Both the position numbers and the translations under genes were made by a program. Of a stretch of DNA of 34,584 nt, positions 1 through 9,627 are shown piece by piece (the first letter of the stretch is position 1; every line of letters begins with the position of its first letter). A model generated the notes under the pieces. It saw nothing but the letters and a program-made list of their open reading frames with translations, was not told the origin of the DNA and searched no databases. The stretch is from Actinomycetota bacterium (GTDB lineage Bacteria > Actinomycetota > Acidimicrobiia > IMCC26256 > PALSA-555). The stretch covers positions 1 to 34,584 of the forward strand of contig JBJSXO010000355.1 of the NCBI GenBank assembly GCA_046086425.1, written 5' to 3'.

Positions 1-2055
1 GATCGCGTAGTCCATGAGGTTCGCGGTGAGCGGGTTGCCGTCCTCGTCGTACACGATCTGCTCGTAGAGCGCCTGCGCGACGCCCTGCGCAATGCCCCCG
101 TGCTGCTGCCCGGCCACGATCAGCGGATTGAGGACACGGCCGCAGTCGTCGACCGCGACGTGGCGGACGAGCTCCACCGAACCGGTCTCCGTATCGACCT
201 CGACCACCGCGATGTGGGTGCCGAACGGGAACGTCGCCCCGTCCTGCTCGAAGTCGAGCGCGGCGAGCAGCGGGTCACCGTCCTCGATCGCGGCCTGGGC
301 GATGGCCGACCACTCGAGCGCCGACGTCGGCACCCCGGCCACCCCGAGCCCGCCCGTCTCCGACACCACGATGTCCTCGGGTGCCGCCTCGAGCAACCGG
401 GCCGCGATCGCCCGGGCCCGGTCCAGCACCGCGTCCGTGGCCTTGTCTACGGCGGAGCCGCCGAGCTGCAGCGACCGTGATCCGCCGGTGCCGCCACCGC
501 GCGGGATCAGCGCGGTGTCGGACTGCTCGAAGCGGATCCGCTCCATCGGGATGCCGAGCTTGTCGGACACGATCATGGCGAACGAGGTGGCGTGACCCTG
601 GCCGTGCGAGGACGTGCCCGCCCGCACGGTTGCGCTGCCGTCGGCGTGCACCTCCACGTACCCGTACTCGCTGGCGTTGCCGCCCCCGGTGATCTCGACG
701 TAGGCGGCGACGCCGATGCCCAGCTGAAGCCGGTCGCCGCGCTCACGCCGCGCCGCCTGCTCGGCGCGGAGTGCCGGGTAGTCGGCCACGCGCACGGCCT
801 CGTCGAGCGCGGCCTCGTAGTCACCACAGTCGTAGCCGGCCCCGGTGAGCGTGGTGAACGGGAAGTCTTCGGGCTGGAGGAAGTTGCGCCGACGCAGCTC
901 CACCGGGTCGATGCCGAGCTCGTAGGACGCCATCTCCATGATCCGCTCGAGGTAGGCCGCCGCCTCCGGCCGCCCCGCGCCGCGGTAGGCACCCATGGGT
1001 GTCGTGTTGGTGAGCGCAACCGCGACCTCAAAGGCGATCTTCGGCACGTGGTAGGTGCCCGTCGCCATCATGCGGGTGGTCGCCGCGGGCAGCATCCCCC
1101 CGAACCCCCCGTAGGCGCCCGCGTCGCCGACGATGCGGCAGCGCAGGCCCGTGATCATGCCCGCGCGGGTGAAGCCCATCTCGATGTACTGGACCTGGCC
1201 CCGGCCGTGGGGCATCGCGACCATGTTCTCCGAGCGGGTCTCGACCCACTTCACCGGACGCCCGAGCTTCATGGCTGCCGCCGCGACCACGTAGTGCTCC
1301 GCGCTGGCCGACCCCTTGGCGCCGAACGCGCCGCCCACGTCGGGCACCACGACCCGAACCCGGTCCTGCTCGAGCCCGAGCGCGCCGGCGATCTCTCCCC
1401 ACACCCGGTGGGGCATCTGCGTCGCCGGGTAGACGGTCACCACGTGACCCTGCCCGTCGTCGCCGGGCACCACCGCCACCGCTCCGCCTTCCATCGGCAC
1501 CGCGGCGACGCGCTGGTTCTCGATACGGGCCCGCACCACGACCTCGGCGTCGGCGAGGACGCCGTCGCCCTCCCCCTCGCGCCGGCCGATCGCGAGGTTC
1601 GAACCCATGGCCTCGATCTGCACCGGCGCGCCTGGCGCCAGCGCGGCCTCCATGTCGGTGACGGCCGGGAGCGCGTCGTAGTCGACGACGACGGCCTCGG
1701 CGGCGTCGACCGCGGCGGTACGGGACTCCGCGATCACCACGGCAACCGGGTCGCCGACGAACGCGACCTTGCCGTCGGCGAGGGGCTGGCGGGCTTCCGC
1801 GGGGTGGATGGGGAAGAAGACCCAGTACGGGGCCAGTCCGAGATCGGACGCGGTGTACACCGCCACTACGCCGGGCATCGCCTGCGCCTCACGGGTGTCG
1901 ACGGACACGATCCGGCCGTGCGCGACCGGGGACCGGACGAAGTGGGCGTGCAGCGCGCCCGGGAGGGGAAGGTCGTCGACGTAGCGGCCGCGGCCGGCGA
2001 GCAAGGCCGGGTCTTCGACCCGGGGGACGGCGTTGCCGAGCAGCGAACCGGTCAT
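1..2055 (-). CDS. Xanthine dehydrogenase-family molybdopterin-binding large subunit (form II CoxL/CutL-like); 3' end runs off the window
   Basis: Missing from the ORF track because it has no stop in the window. Hand translation from ATG 2055 gives MTGSLLGNAVPRVEDPALLAGRGRYVDDLPLPGALHAHFVRSPVAHGRI, the typical family N-terminus. Internal VGGAFGAK and the active-site loop AYRGAGRPEA (~961-990) are present. Confidence 0.9.
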   Translation of the reverse strand, partial: MTGSLLGNAVPRVEDPALLAGRGRYVDDLPLPGALHAHFVRSPVAHGRIVSVDTREAQAMPGVVAVYTASDLGLAPYWVFFPIHPAEARQPLADGKVAFVGDPVAVVIAESRTAAVDAAEAVVVDYDALPAVTDMEAALAPGAPVQIEAMGSNLAIGRREGEGDGVLADAEVVVRARIENQRVAAVPMEGGAVAVVPGDDGQGHVVTVYPATQMPHRVWGEIAGALGLEQDRVRVVVPDVGGAFGAKGSASAEHYVVAAAAMKLGRPVKWVETRSENMVAMPHGRGQVQYIEMGFTRAGMITGLRCRIVGDAGAYGGFGGMLPAATTRMMATGTYHVPKIAFEVAVALTNTTPMGAYRGAGRPEAAAYLERIMEMASYELGIDPVELRRRNFLQPEDFPFTTLTGAGYDCGDYEAALDEAVRVADYPALRAEQAARRERGDRLQLGIGVAAYVEITGGGNASEYGYVEVHADGSATVRAGTSSHGQGHATSFAMIVSDKLGIPMERIRFEQSDTALIPRGGGTGGSRSLQLGGSAVDKATDAVLDRARAIAARLLEAAPEDIVVSETGGLGVAGVPTSALEWSAIAQAAIEDGDPLLAALDFEQDGATFPFGTHIAVVEVDTETGSVELVRHVAVDDCGRVLNPLIVAGQQHGGIAQGVAQALYEQIVYDEDGNPLTANLMDYAI

Positions 2056-3437
2056 CCCCGCAACCTACGCGCACTCGCCGTGGGACCGGTACCCGTGAAG
2101 GCCTGCACGGGGTTGTGCCGGGTCATCGCCGACCCGGCGGGCCCGAGCATCTGGTGCGCCCGCCACAGGCGGCGGTGGAACAGCGGCACGAGCGCCTCGT
2201 CGAGACGCCCGTCGTCGGCGCGCACCAGCGCCTCCAGCGCGGCATCTCCCTCGGCCGCGGTGTCGGGGCGCCGGCCCAGGACCGCGTGGAGGTCGTCGAG
2301 GTCGGCGGCCACGCAGGCGTCGCCGATCTCGTCTACCCGCTGGAGGTGGCGCGCCAGGCGGAACGCCGTGCGCAGTCGGTAGCGCGCGAACTCGTCGGGC
2401 ACCTCGATCGAGCGGAGCTCCCCGACGAGGTGCACGAAGGCCACGATGCCGACGCCACCCCGACCCTCGGGGAGCTCGACGGCCGGCAGCTCGACGCCGA
2501 GGATCTCGGCGAGCGCCTCCACCGCGAAGAGGTTGGTCTCACAGCACCACTGGAGGTTCGTCATGTAGTCGGATCCAGGGGCCGGCGCGGCCAGCGCGGC
2601 GTGGAAGGCCAGTTGGTTGCTGAGGGTGAAGGCGAAGTTGTGGTGCTGGACGGCCCCGAGGTCGACCGCCACGCCGCCGCGCGCCTCGTACTCCGCGTAG
2701 AGCCGGTGCATGTCGCCGTAGTGGAGGATCGAGTCGCGCTGGCGAAAGCCCGCGAGGTCCATCATCGGGTCCCCCACGTGGGCGAGCTCGACGTCGAGCA
2801 CGGCGACGAGGCGCCCGCCGTCGTGGTGGAACTGGCCGGAGTCCCACAGGACCACCGACTCGCGTTCCTTGGGGTCGAGCGGGTTGCGGGCGAGCCAGGC
2901 GAGGCAGAACTCGAGGAACGGGTCGGGACGGCGCTTCTGCTGCCGGTAGACGTGCTCGTACCGGCGCAGCCCGACGGTCGCCGGGGTGGCGTCACCGGTG
3001 GCGTGGTCGATCCCGGCCGCGACGAACGGGCCCACGTCGAGCCGGTGCACGGCGGCGAGCACCCCCATGTACTCGTCCATCACCGCGTCGCGCTCGGCCT
3101 CGGTCGACCGCGCGAAGTCCGCGCGTCCGGGCACCCGGTCGGTGACGAAGGCCGCGGGCTCGTCGCACCAGCCGTAGACCTTCGGCACGGGGATCCCGCC
3201 CACCTCGAGCAGCGCCTGTGCGGTCATCTCGTGGCGCAGGGGCCAGACGCCGGGGATGTCGACGCGCTCGCCGCGCACGCACAGCTCCAGACGCTCACCG
3301 TCGCGGTCGACGTCGGCGAACCACACGGGACGCCAGCGGGGTTGGCGCGCCAACGCGACGACCCGGCCGCCGACGTTGGCCTCGATCCAGCGGGTGATCC
3401 GTGGCTCCGGACGCGTGTCGTCGGAGGGCTCGGGCAC
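2052..3437 (-). CDS. Aminoglycoside phosphotransferase (APH/choline kinase-like) family protein
   Basis: 461-aa ORF with IPVPKVYGW and VLDVELAHVGDPMMDLA kinase-like motifs. Its stop overlaps the next ATG (ATGA). Confidence 0.8.
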   Translation of the reverse strand: MPEPSDDTRPEPRITRWIEANVGGRVVALARQPRWRPVWFADVDRDGERLELCVRGERVDIPGVWPLRHEMTAQALLEVGGIPVPKVYGWCDEPAAFVTDRVPGRADFARSTEAERDAVMDEYMGVLAAVHRLDVGPFVAAGIDHATGDATPATVGLRRYEHVYRQQKRRPDPFLEFCLAWLARNPLDPKERESVVLWDSGQFHHDGGRLVAVLDVELAHVGDPMMDLAGFRQRDSILHYGDMHRLYAEYEARGGVAVDLGAVQHHNFAFTLSNQLAFHAALAAPAPGSDYMTNLQWCCETNLFAVEALAEILGVELPAVELPEGRGGVGIVAFVHLVGELRSIEVPDEFARYRLRTAFRLARHLQRVDEIGDACVAADLDDLHAVLGRRPDTAAEGDAALEALVRADDGRLDEALVPLFHRRLWRAHQMLGPAGSAMTRHNPVQAFTGTGPTASARRLRG

Positions 3438-3536
3438 GAGGTCACCCTAGGACGCGCCCTTCCTCGCGCACACCTGGGCCCGGAGGGTCCCGTCGGGAAA
3501 CCGCCCCCGCCCACTCGGGCGTCCTAGTCTCCCGGC

Positions 3537-4508
3537 GTGGCTCGTGACCCGGTTCGGCTCCGCGACGTCGCCGAGCACGCAGGCGTCACGATCTCCACCG
3601 CCTCCCGCGCCCTGCGCCGGCCGGAGATGGTGCGCGCCGAGACCCGTAGTCGGGTCGAGGAGGCCGCGCGCGTGCTGGGGTACACCCCGAACCGCATGGC
3701 CCAGGCCGTCGTCACCGGTCGGTCGCGCACGATCGTCTTCATGGTCCTCGACCCGACCAACCCGATCTTCGCGATCCTCGCTCGTGCGGCACAGGCCGAG
3801 GCCCGCCAGCGAGCGTTCGACGTGCTCGTCGTCGACTCGATGCTGGACGTCCGACGTGAAGCGCAGTTGCTCGAGCAGGCTCAGCACTACGCCGAGGGCA
3901 TCATCATGTGCATCCCTCAGGGCACCTACCCGCTGGATCCCGACGGCCCACCGATCGTCGCCATCAACCGGCGTCTGCGCGGGTCGCATGCCGTGCTGCT
4001 CGACCAGGCCAACGTGATCGAGCAGCAGCTGGCGCATCTCGTCGCGCTGGGCCACCGGCGCATCGCCTATCTCGACGGGCCCGACCAGTACTGGGCCGCC
4101 GTCGAGCGCCGGCGCCACGCCGAGCGGCTCGCCGGGGACCACCCGATCGAGATCATCGGCCCGGTGCTCCCGACCTTCCCCGGCGGGTACGGGGCAGTGG
4201 ACCGGATCGACCCTGCGGTCACCGCCGTCATCGCCTTCACCGACCACCAGGCCGCCGGGGTGGTCGTGCGTCTGGCCGAGCTCGGCCGTCGGGTACCCGC
4301 AGAGGTGAGCGTGATCGGGTCCAACGATCTGCCGCTCGCGCGCATGTACAACCCGCCGCTCACCACCATGCACACACCCTTCGACGCGATGGGCCGGGCC
4401 GCGGTGAGTCTGCTCCTCGACGCGGTGGACGGCGCGAACGGAGGCTGGATCACCCAGGTCATGACGTCCGAGCTGGTGGTGCGGAGCTCGACCGCGGCGC
4501 GCCGGTGA
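3537..4508 (+). CDS. LacI-family transcriptional regulator
   Basis: N-terminal HTH LRDVAEHAGVTISTASRAL, hinge LGYTPNRMAQA, and C-terminal VPAEVSVIGSND...PPLTT sugar-binding domain. Confidence 0.95.
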   Translation: MARDPVRLRDVAEHAGVTISTASRALRRPEMVRAETRSRVEEAARVLGYTPNRMAQAVVTGRSRTIVFMVLDPTNPIFAILARAAQAEARQRAFDVLVVDSMLDVRREAQLLEQAQHYAEGIIMCIPQGTYPLDPDGPPIVAINRRLRGSHAVLLDQANVIEQQLAHLVALGHRRIAYLDGPDQYWAAVERRRHAERLAGDHPIEIIGPVLPTFPGGYGAVDRIDPAVTAVIAFTDHQAAGVVVRLAELGRRVPAEVSVIGSNDLPLARMYNPPLTTMHTPFDAMGRAAVSLLLDAVDGANGGWITQVMTSELVVRSSTAARR

Positions 4509-5353
4509 CGCCGCAGCCACCGGCCTGGGCACCGGGGGATCCGCTGCTCGAGGGATCCGTCGCGCTCGTCGCCGGAGGAGGCCGCGGCATCGGTGCGGCG
4601 ACCAGCCGGATCCTCGCCGCCGCCGGCGCCACCGTGGCCGTCCTCGACCAGGAGGCCGAACGCGCCGAGGCCGTCACTGCGCAGCTGCGGGCCACCGGCG
4701 CGCACGCGATCCCCGTGGTGTGCGACCTCCGCGACGAGGACGCGAGCGCCGCGACCGTGACGCGCGTGGTCGACGAGCTCGGGGGCGTGGACGTGCTCGC
4801 CAACGTGGTCGGCGGGATGATGCACGAGGCCGAGTGGCGACACCTCGAGCACTGGACGACCGACGAGTGGGACCGGGTCCTGCACCTCAACCTGCGCTAC
4901 GTGTTCTGGCTGTGCCGTGCGGTGCTGCCGTCGATGGTCGCGCGCGGAGGCGGCTCGATCGTGAGCGTCACGTCGATCAGCGGCGTCTTCGGGGCGCCCA
5001 ACCACTCGGCGTACGGCGCGGCGAAGGCGGGCCTGATCCACCTGACCAAGACCCTGGCCGTGGAGTACGGCCGCCACGGCGTGCGGGTCAACGCCGTGTC
5101 GCCGGGCGCGGTCGTGACCCCGGCCATGGCCACCACGATGTCCCCCGAGCGCCAGGCCACCCTGGCCGCCGCCACCCCGCTGCAGCGACCGGGCTCGGCC
5201 GAGGACATCGCCCGGGCGGTGCTGTTCTTCGCGTCACCCCTCGCCGGCTACGTGACCGGGCAAATGCTGCTGGTCGACGGCGGCATCGGGTCGAAGTTCC
5301 CCCTCGGCGGCGTCGGCACACACGGCTCGGAGGCGGCGCTGCCGACCGGGTGA
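4505..5353 (+). CDS. Short-chain dehydrogenase/reductase (SDR)
   Basis: GTG 4505 overlaps the LacI stop (GTGA). Motifs AGGGRGIG, YGAAK, VRVNAVSPG and YVTGQMLLVDGG; 282 aa. Confidence 0.92.
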   Translation: MTPQPPAWAPGDPLLEGSVALVAGGGRGIGAATSRILAAAGATVAVLDQEAERAEAVTAQLRATGAHAIPVVCDLRDEDASAATVTRVVDELGGVDVLANVVGGMMHEAEWRHLEHWTTDEWDRVLHLNLRYVFWLCRAVLPSMVARGGGSIVSVTSISGVFGAPNHSAYGAAKAGLIHLTKTLAVEYGRHGVRVNAVSPGAVVTPAMATTMSPERQATLAAATPLQRPGSAEDIARAVLFFASPLAGYVTGQMLLVDGGIGSKFPLGGVGTHGSEAALPTG

Positions 5354-5458
5354 CCGACCACCCGGCGCAGCGAGGCAGCGCCACCGACCATCGGGCCGGA
5401 GGCGGCGCGGCCGACCGGGTAACCCTCCACTCGGCCGGAGGCGGCGCGGCCGACCGGG
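5328..5458 (+). repeat. Degenerate short direct-repeat cluster, consensus GGAGGCGGCGCGGCCGACCGGG (4 copies)
   Basis: GAGGC cores at 5330, 5372 (degenerate), 5399 and 5438. The copies at 5394-5419 and 5433-5458 are identical over 26 bp. Confidence 0.8.
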
Positions 5459-5477
5459 GGTGCGTAGGCTCACGGCG

Positions 5478-5819
5478 ATGGACATCGAGCAGTTCTACGA
5501 CGCCGATCCCCGACGGCGTGCGTCCGAGGAGGTCGCCTTCGGGCACGAGTGGACCGACGCCGACGGCGGCCGTTACGAGGTCATGTGGGTGGCCGACACC
5601 GGCGAGGTCTACGCGATGTTCGAGCCCGTGGAGCCGATGGCCTCCGACGGGATCGGCGACATCTTTCCCCAGCACATGCCGACCGAGGCCGTGACCGTCG
5701 AGGTGCTCGGCGTTGTCGCCGACCGGGCGACCATCGACGCCGCGCTCGCCGGGTGGGCCGACGTCATGCCCCAGCCCGGCAGCGTCGCCTGGGTGCGCGA
5801 GCGCGTCGCCGGCGCCTGA
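5478..5819 (+). CDS. Hypothetical acidic protein (113 aa)
   Basis: MDIEQFYDADPRRRASEEVAFGHEW... has protein-like composition, and TAGGCT lies 7 nt upstream of the ATG. Confidence 0.75.
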   Translation: MDIEQFYDADPRRRASEEVAFGHEWTDADGGRYEVMWVADTGEVYAMFEPVEPMASDGIGDIFPQHMPTEAVTVEVLGVVADRATIDAALAGWADVMPQPGSVAWVRERVAGA

Positions 5820-5839
5820 GCCGTCGCCCCGGGGCACCG

Positions 5840-6844
5840 ATGCAGCACACGCGCCTCGGCCGCACCGGTCTCCGCGTCTCTGGCCTGTGTCTCGGCACGA
5901 TGACGTTCGGGTTGCAGTGCGACGAGGATACGTCGTTCGCCGTGCTCGACACGGCCTTCGACGCCGGGATCACCTTCCTCGACACCGCTGACGTGTACCC
6001 GATCGGCGGCGGCCTCGAGACCGTGGGCCGCACCGAGGAGATCATCGGCGCCTGGCTTCGCAGCGGACGGCGCAGCGCCCGACGCGACGACGTGGTGCTG
6101 GCGACGAAGTGCTTCGGGCCGATGGGTCCCCACCCGTGGGACGCCGGCAACTCGCGCAAGCACGTGATGTCGGCTGTCGACGCGTCGCTCCAGCGCCTCG
6201 GCACCGACTACGTCGATCTATACCAGCTCCACTTCCACGACGGGGGTACGCCGATCGACGAGACCCTCGGCGCGCTCGACGACCTCGTGCATGCGGGCAA
6301 GGTGCGCTACGTCGGCTGCTCCAACTTCCTCGCCTACCAGCTCGCCCGAGCCCTCGGCCGGAGCGAGGTGCGCGACCTCGTGCGCTTCGAGAGCGTGCAG
6401 CCGCGCTACAACCTCCTGTTCCGCGAGTTCGAGCGCGAGCTGTTCCCCCTCTGCGCCGAGGAGCAGATCGGGGTGATCCCCTACAACCCCCTCGCGGGCG
6501 GGCTGCTCACGGGCAAGCACGCCCGCGGCACCCCCACCCCGGGCACCCGGTTCACCCTGGCCTCGGCGTCGCGGACCTACCAGGACCGCTACTGGCACGA
6601 GCGTGAGTTCGCCACGGTCGACGCCCTGGCGACGCTCGCCGACGCGGCCGGTCTGCCACTGACCACCCTGGCCGTTGCGTGGGTGCTGGCCAACCCGGTG
6701 GTCACTGCGCCGATCATCGGCGCCAGCCGGCCGGAGCAGCTCGCCGACAACGTCGCTGCGCTCGAGGTCACCCTGGAGCCCGACCTGCTCGCGGCCTGCA
6801 ACGACCTCACCGCCGAGTACCGCCGGGGCGACGCCGCCCGCTGA
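5840..6844 (+). CDS. Aldo/keto reductase
   Basis: LGRTGLRVSGLCLGTMTFG, FLDTADVY, LATK, SLQRLGTDYVDLYQLH, GKVRYVGCSN and PIIGASRPEQL. Confidence 0.95.
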   Translation: MQHTRLGRTGLRVSGLCLGTMTFGLQCDEDTSFAVLDTAFDAGITFLDTADVYPIGGGLETVGRTEEIIGAWLRSGRRSARRDDVVLATKCFGPMGPHPWDAGNSRKHVMSAVDASLQRLGTDYVDLYQLHFHDGGTPIDETLGALDDLVHAGKVRYVGCSNFLAYQLARALGRSEVRDLVRFESVQPRYNLLFREFERELFPLCAEEQIGVIPYNPLAGGLLTGKHARGTPTPGTRFTLASASRTYQDRYWHEREFATVDALATLADAAGLPLTTLAVAWVLANPVVTAPIIGASRPEQLADNVAALEVTLEPDLLAACNDLTAEYRRGDAAR

Positions 6845-6905
6845 GTCCCTGCTCCCGGCCGCCTCCCGGGCCCCGCCGGAGCGATGCTCGCTACGCTCCG
6901 GGGCT

Positions 6906-8702
6906 ATGCCGTTGCGGATCGAGGACTACGCGCTCATCGGGGACACCCAGACCGCGGCGCTGGTCGGCATCGACGGCTCCATCGACTGGCTGTGCGTGCC
7001 GCGGTTCGACTCCGGGGCGGTGTTCGCCTCGATCCTGGGAACCTCCGACCACGGCCGGTGGCAGATCGCGCCGGCGGGCGGGATCCAGCGGGTGGAGCGC
7101 CAGTACCACGGCGACACCTTGGTGCTCGAGACCACCTTCCTTACCGACGACGGTGTGGTGCGCGTCGTCGACCTGATGCCCATCCGCACGAAGGCCGTCG
7201 AGCTGGTCCGGATCGTGGAGGGGGTCTCGGGTCGGGTGCCGATGCACATGGACCTGCGCATCCGCTTCGACTACGGGTCCATCGTTCCCTGGGTCCACCA
7301 GGACGACGGGCGTCTCCACGCGATCGCCGGTCCCGACGCGCTCGTCCTCACCACGCCGGTGCTGCTCGAGGGCGCAGGGGTGGGCCCGAGCACCGTCGCC
7401 GAGTTCGTGGTCGAGGCGGGCGACCGGGTGCCGTTCGTCATGGCGTGGCACGCGTCGCACGAGCCCGCGCCGCGTGCCGGCGACGCCCAGCGACTCCGCA
7501 AGGACACCGTCACGTGGTGGAACCGGTGGTCCGGCGCGGCGAAGTGCCACCCCGAGACCCGTGAGCACATCATGCGCTCCCTGATCACGCTGAAGGCACT
7601 GACGTACATGCCCACTGGCGGGATCGTCGCCGCGCCCACCACGTCACTGCCCGAGTGGATCGGGAGCGTGCGCAACTGGGACTACCGGTTCTGCTGGCTG
7701 CGCGACTCCGTGCTCACCCTCGGCGCGCTCATGGCCGGCGGCTACAAGGACGAGGCGTTCGCGTGGCGGGACTGGCTGCTGCGCGCTGCGGCCGGCGACC
7801 CCGCGGACCTCCAGATCATGTACGGCGTCCAGGGCGAGCGCCGGCTCACCGAGTTCGAGGTCGACTGGCTCCCCGGCTACATGGGCTCGGCCCCCGTGCG
7901 GGTCGGCAACGCGGCCCACGGCCAGTTCCAGCTCGACGTGTACGGCGAGACCCTCGGATCGCTGCACCTCATGCGGACGATGTTCCCGCCCGACGGCGAC
8001 GAGGAGACGACCGACTCGTGGCCGCTCGAGGCGGCGCTGCTCGAGTACCTCGAAGGGGCGTGGCACCACCCCGACGACGGCATCTGGGAGGTGCGCGGCG
8101 AGCGGCAGCACTTCACCCACTCGAAGGTGATGGCTTGGCTGGCCTTCTCGTGCGCGGTGGCGTCGGCCGAGCGGTTCGACCTGCCCGCACCGGTCGAGCG
8201 CTGGCGCCAGGCCCGCGACGAGATCCACACGCTCGTGTGCGCCGAGGCTTACGACGCCGACCTCGGATCGTTCACGCAGGCCTTCGGCTCGAAGCAGCTC
8301 GACGGTGCCCTGCTCCAGCTCCCCATCGTCGGCTTCCTGCCGCCCTCCGACGAGCGGATCCGGGGAACCGTCGCCGCCATCGAACGCGACCTGCTGCACA
8401 ACGGGTTCGTCCTGCGCTACCGGTCGGACCAGACCGACGACGGCCTGCCCGCCGGGGAGGGTGTCTTCCTGCCCTGCTCGTTCTGGCTCGTCGACAACTA
8501 CGTGATGCAGGGGCGCATGGACGACGCACGCGCGCTGTTCGACCGCCTGAGCGGCCTCGCCAACGACGTCGGGCTCTACTCGGAGGAGTACGACCCCGCG
8601 TCGGGACGGATGCTGGGCAACATCCCGCAGGCGTTCACGCACCTCGCCGCAGTGCGCGCAGCCCAGATGGTCACCGGAGCACCACGGCATACGATGCACT
8701 GA
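6906..8702 (+). CDS. Glycoside hydrolase family 15 (trehalase/glucoamylase-like)
   Basis: IEDYALIGD, SIDWLCVPRFDS, APTTSLPE, RNWDYRFCWLRD, GIWEVRG, LYSEEYD and GNIPQAFTH. Confidence 0.93.
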   Translation: MPLRIEDYALIGDTQTAALVGIDGSIDWLCVPRFDSGAVFASILGTSDHGRWQIAPAGGIQRVERQYHGDTLVLETTFLTDDGVVRVVDLMPIRTKAVELVRIVEGVSGRVPMHMDLRIRFDYGSIVPWVHQDDGRLHAIAGPDALVLTTPVLLEGAGVGPSTVAEFVVEAGDRVPFVMAWHASHEPAPRAGDAQRLRKDTVTWWNRWSGAAKCHPETREHIMRSLITLKALTYMPTGGIVAAPTTSLPEWIGSVRNWDYRFCWLRDSVLTLGALMAGGYKDEAFAWRDWLLRAAAGDPADLQIMYGVQGERRLTEFEVDWLPGYMGSAPVRVGNAAHGQFQLDVYGETLGSLHLMRTMFPPDGDEETTDSWPLEAALLEYLEGAWHHPDDGIWEVRGERQHFTHSKVMAWLAFSCAVASAERFDLPAPVERWRQARDEIHTLVCAEAYDADLGSFTQAFGSKQLDGALLQLPIVGFLPPSDERIRGTVAAIERDLLHNGFVLRYRSDQTDDGLPAGEGVFLPCSFWLVDNYVMQGRMDDARALFDRLSGLANDVGLYSEEYDPASGRMLGNIPQAFTHLAAVRAAQMVTGAPRHTMH

Positions 8703-9573
8703 ACGCGTCACCGGGTTCGACCGACGGCACGCCACCGTCGACCAGCGCGTTCGTCGGCACGGTCATCGGCTCGAGCGCGGCGAACGGCCGGCCCGGCGGC
8801 ACCCACACCTGCGCGAACGGGTACGCCGCGTCGGCGTGCACCGCCACGGCGGCATCGTCGGTCTCGAGCGCGAGCACCCGTCGGCGCCCGAGGGCGAACA
8901 GGTCGTCGACGGTGCGCCGGCCGATGGGCGCGGACTCCGGGGCCGCCGGGCGGCGATCGCCGGTCGGGAGGCCGCGGGCGTCGAGGAGCAGGTGGTCGCG
9001 CCGGGGCAGGGTCAGACGCCACCGGGACCGGGGCGCGCCCGGCACCCGGAGGTAGGGGTGCCACCCGAAGGCGATCGGGACCGGGCGGGCCCCGGTCGGC
9101 ACCACCGTCGTGCGCACCGCGAGGCGACCGGGCCGCAGCCCGACCCGCAGCTCGATCCGGTGCGGGAACGGGAACGCCGGGGTGTCGACGGCGATCACGG
9201 CCCGCAGCCGCGCGTCCCCGGACCGGGTGGTGGCTTGCTCCACCCGCCACCCCGGCGCGCCGACCAGGACCCCGTGGATCGGCAGCCCGTTGCCGTCGGT
9301 GTGGATCCGCCGTCGGCTCAGGTCGACCGCGACACGGCCGACGCGGTAGCGGCGGCGACCGAGCCGGTTGGCCCACGGGGCGAGGAGCGGGAGCCCGAGG
9401 GTGTGCCCGGCCCGCAGCGCGTCGGGGCCGCCCGGGGCGGCCAGGTACTCCCGGCCTTCGTGGCGCAGCGACACCCCGGTCATGCCCAGCCCGGGCAGGA
9501 AGGTGACGGCGGTGGGCCCGGACCGCAACCGCAGGGCCGGCTCGCCCCGCCAGCGGGTCTCCTCGATCGCCAT
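8671..9573 (-). CDS. Aldose 1-epimerase (galactose mutarotase-like) family protein
   Basis: LLAPWANRL, PIHG, FGWHPY and FAALEPMT motifs; overlaps the GH15 3' end convergently. Confidence 0.85.
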   Translation of the reverse strand: MAIEETRWRGEPALRLRSGPTAVTFLPGLGMTGVSLRHEGREYLAAPGGPDALRAGHTLGLPLLAPWANRLGRRRYRVGRVAVDLSRRRIHTDGNGLPIHGVLVGAPGWRVEQATTRSGDARLRAVIAVDTPAFPFPHRIELRVGLRPGRLAVRTTVVPTGARPVPIAFGWHPYLRVPGAPRSRWRLTLPRRDHLLLDARGLPTGDRRPAAPESAPIGRRTVDDLFALGRRRVLALETDDAAVAVHADAAYPFAQVWVPPGRPFAALEPMTVPTNALVDGGVPSVEPGDAFSASYAVVLR

Positions 9574-9627
9574 GGCCCCAGCATGCACGCGTCGCGCCCG
9601 GGTGCCGGGATGTGGTCAACTGCCCGG

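Noticed and set aside
1-2055. Bona fide aerobic CO dehydrogenase (form I coxL)
   Set aside because: The active-site loop is AYRGAGR, not AYxCSFR.
592-2382. 596-aa plus-strand ORF
   Set aside because: Antisense shadow of the CoxL-like gene, with no motifs. Long stop-free antisense frames are expected at this GC content.
5328-5458. Possible mini-CRISPR array
   Set aside because: Spacers are under ~20 nt and irregular, the first copy lies inside a CDS, and no cas genes are present.
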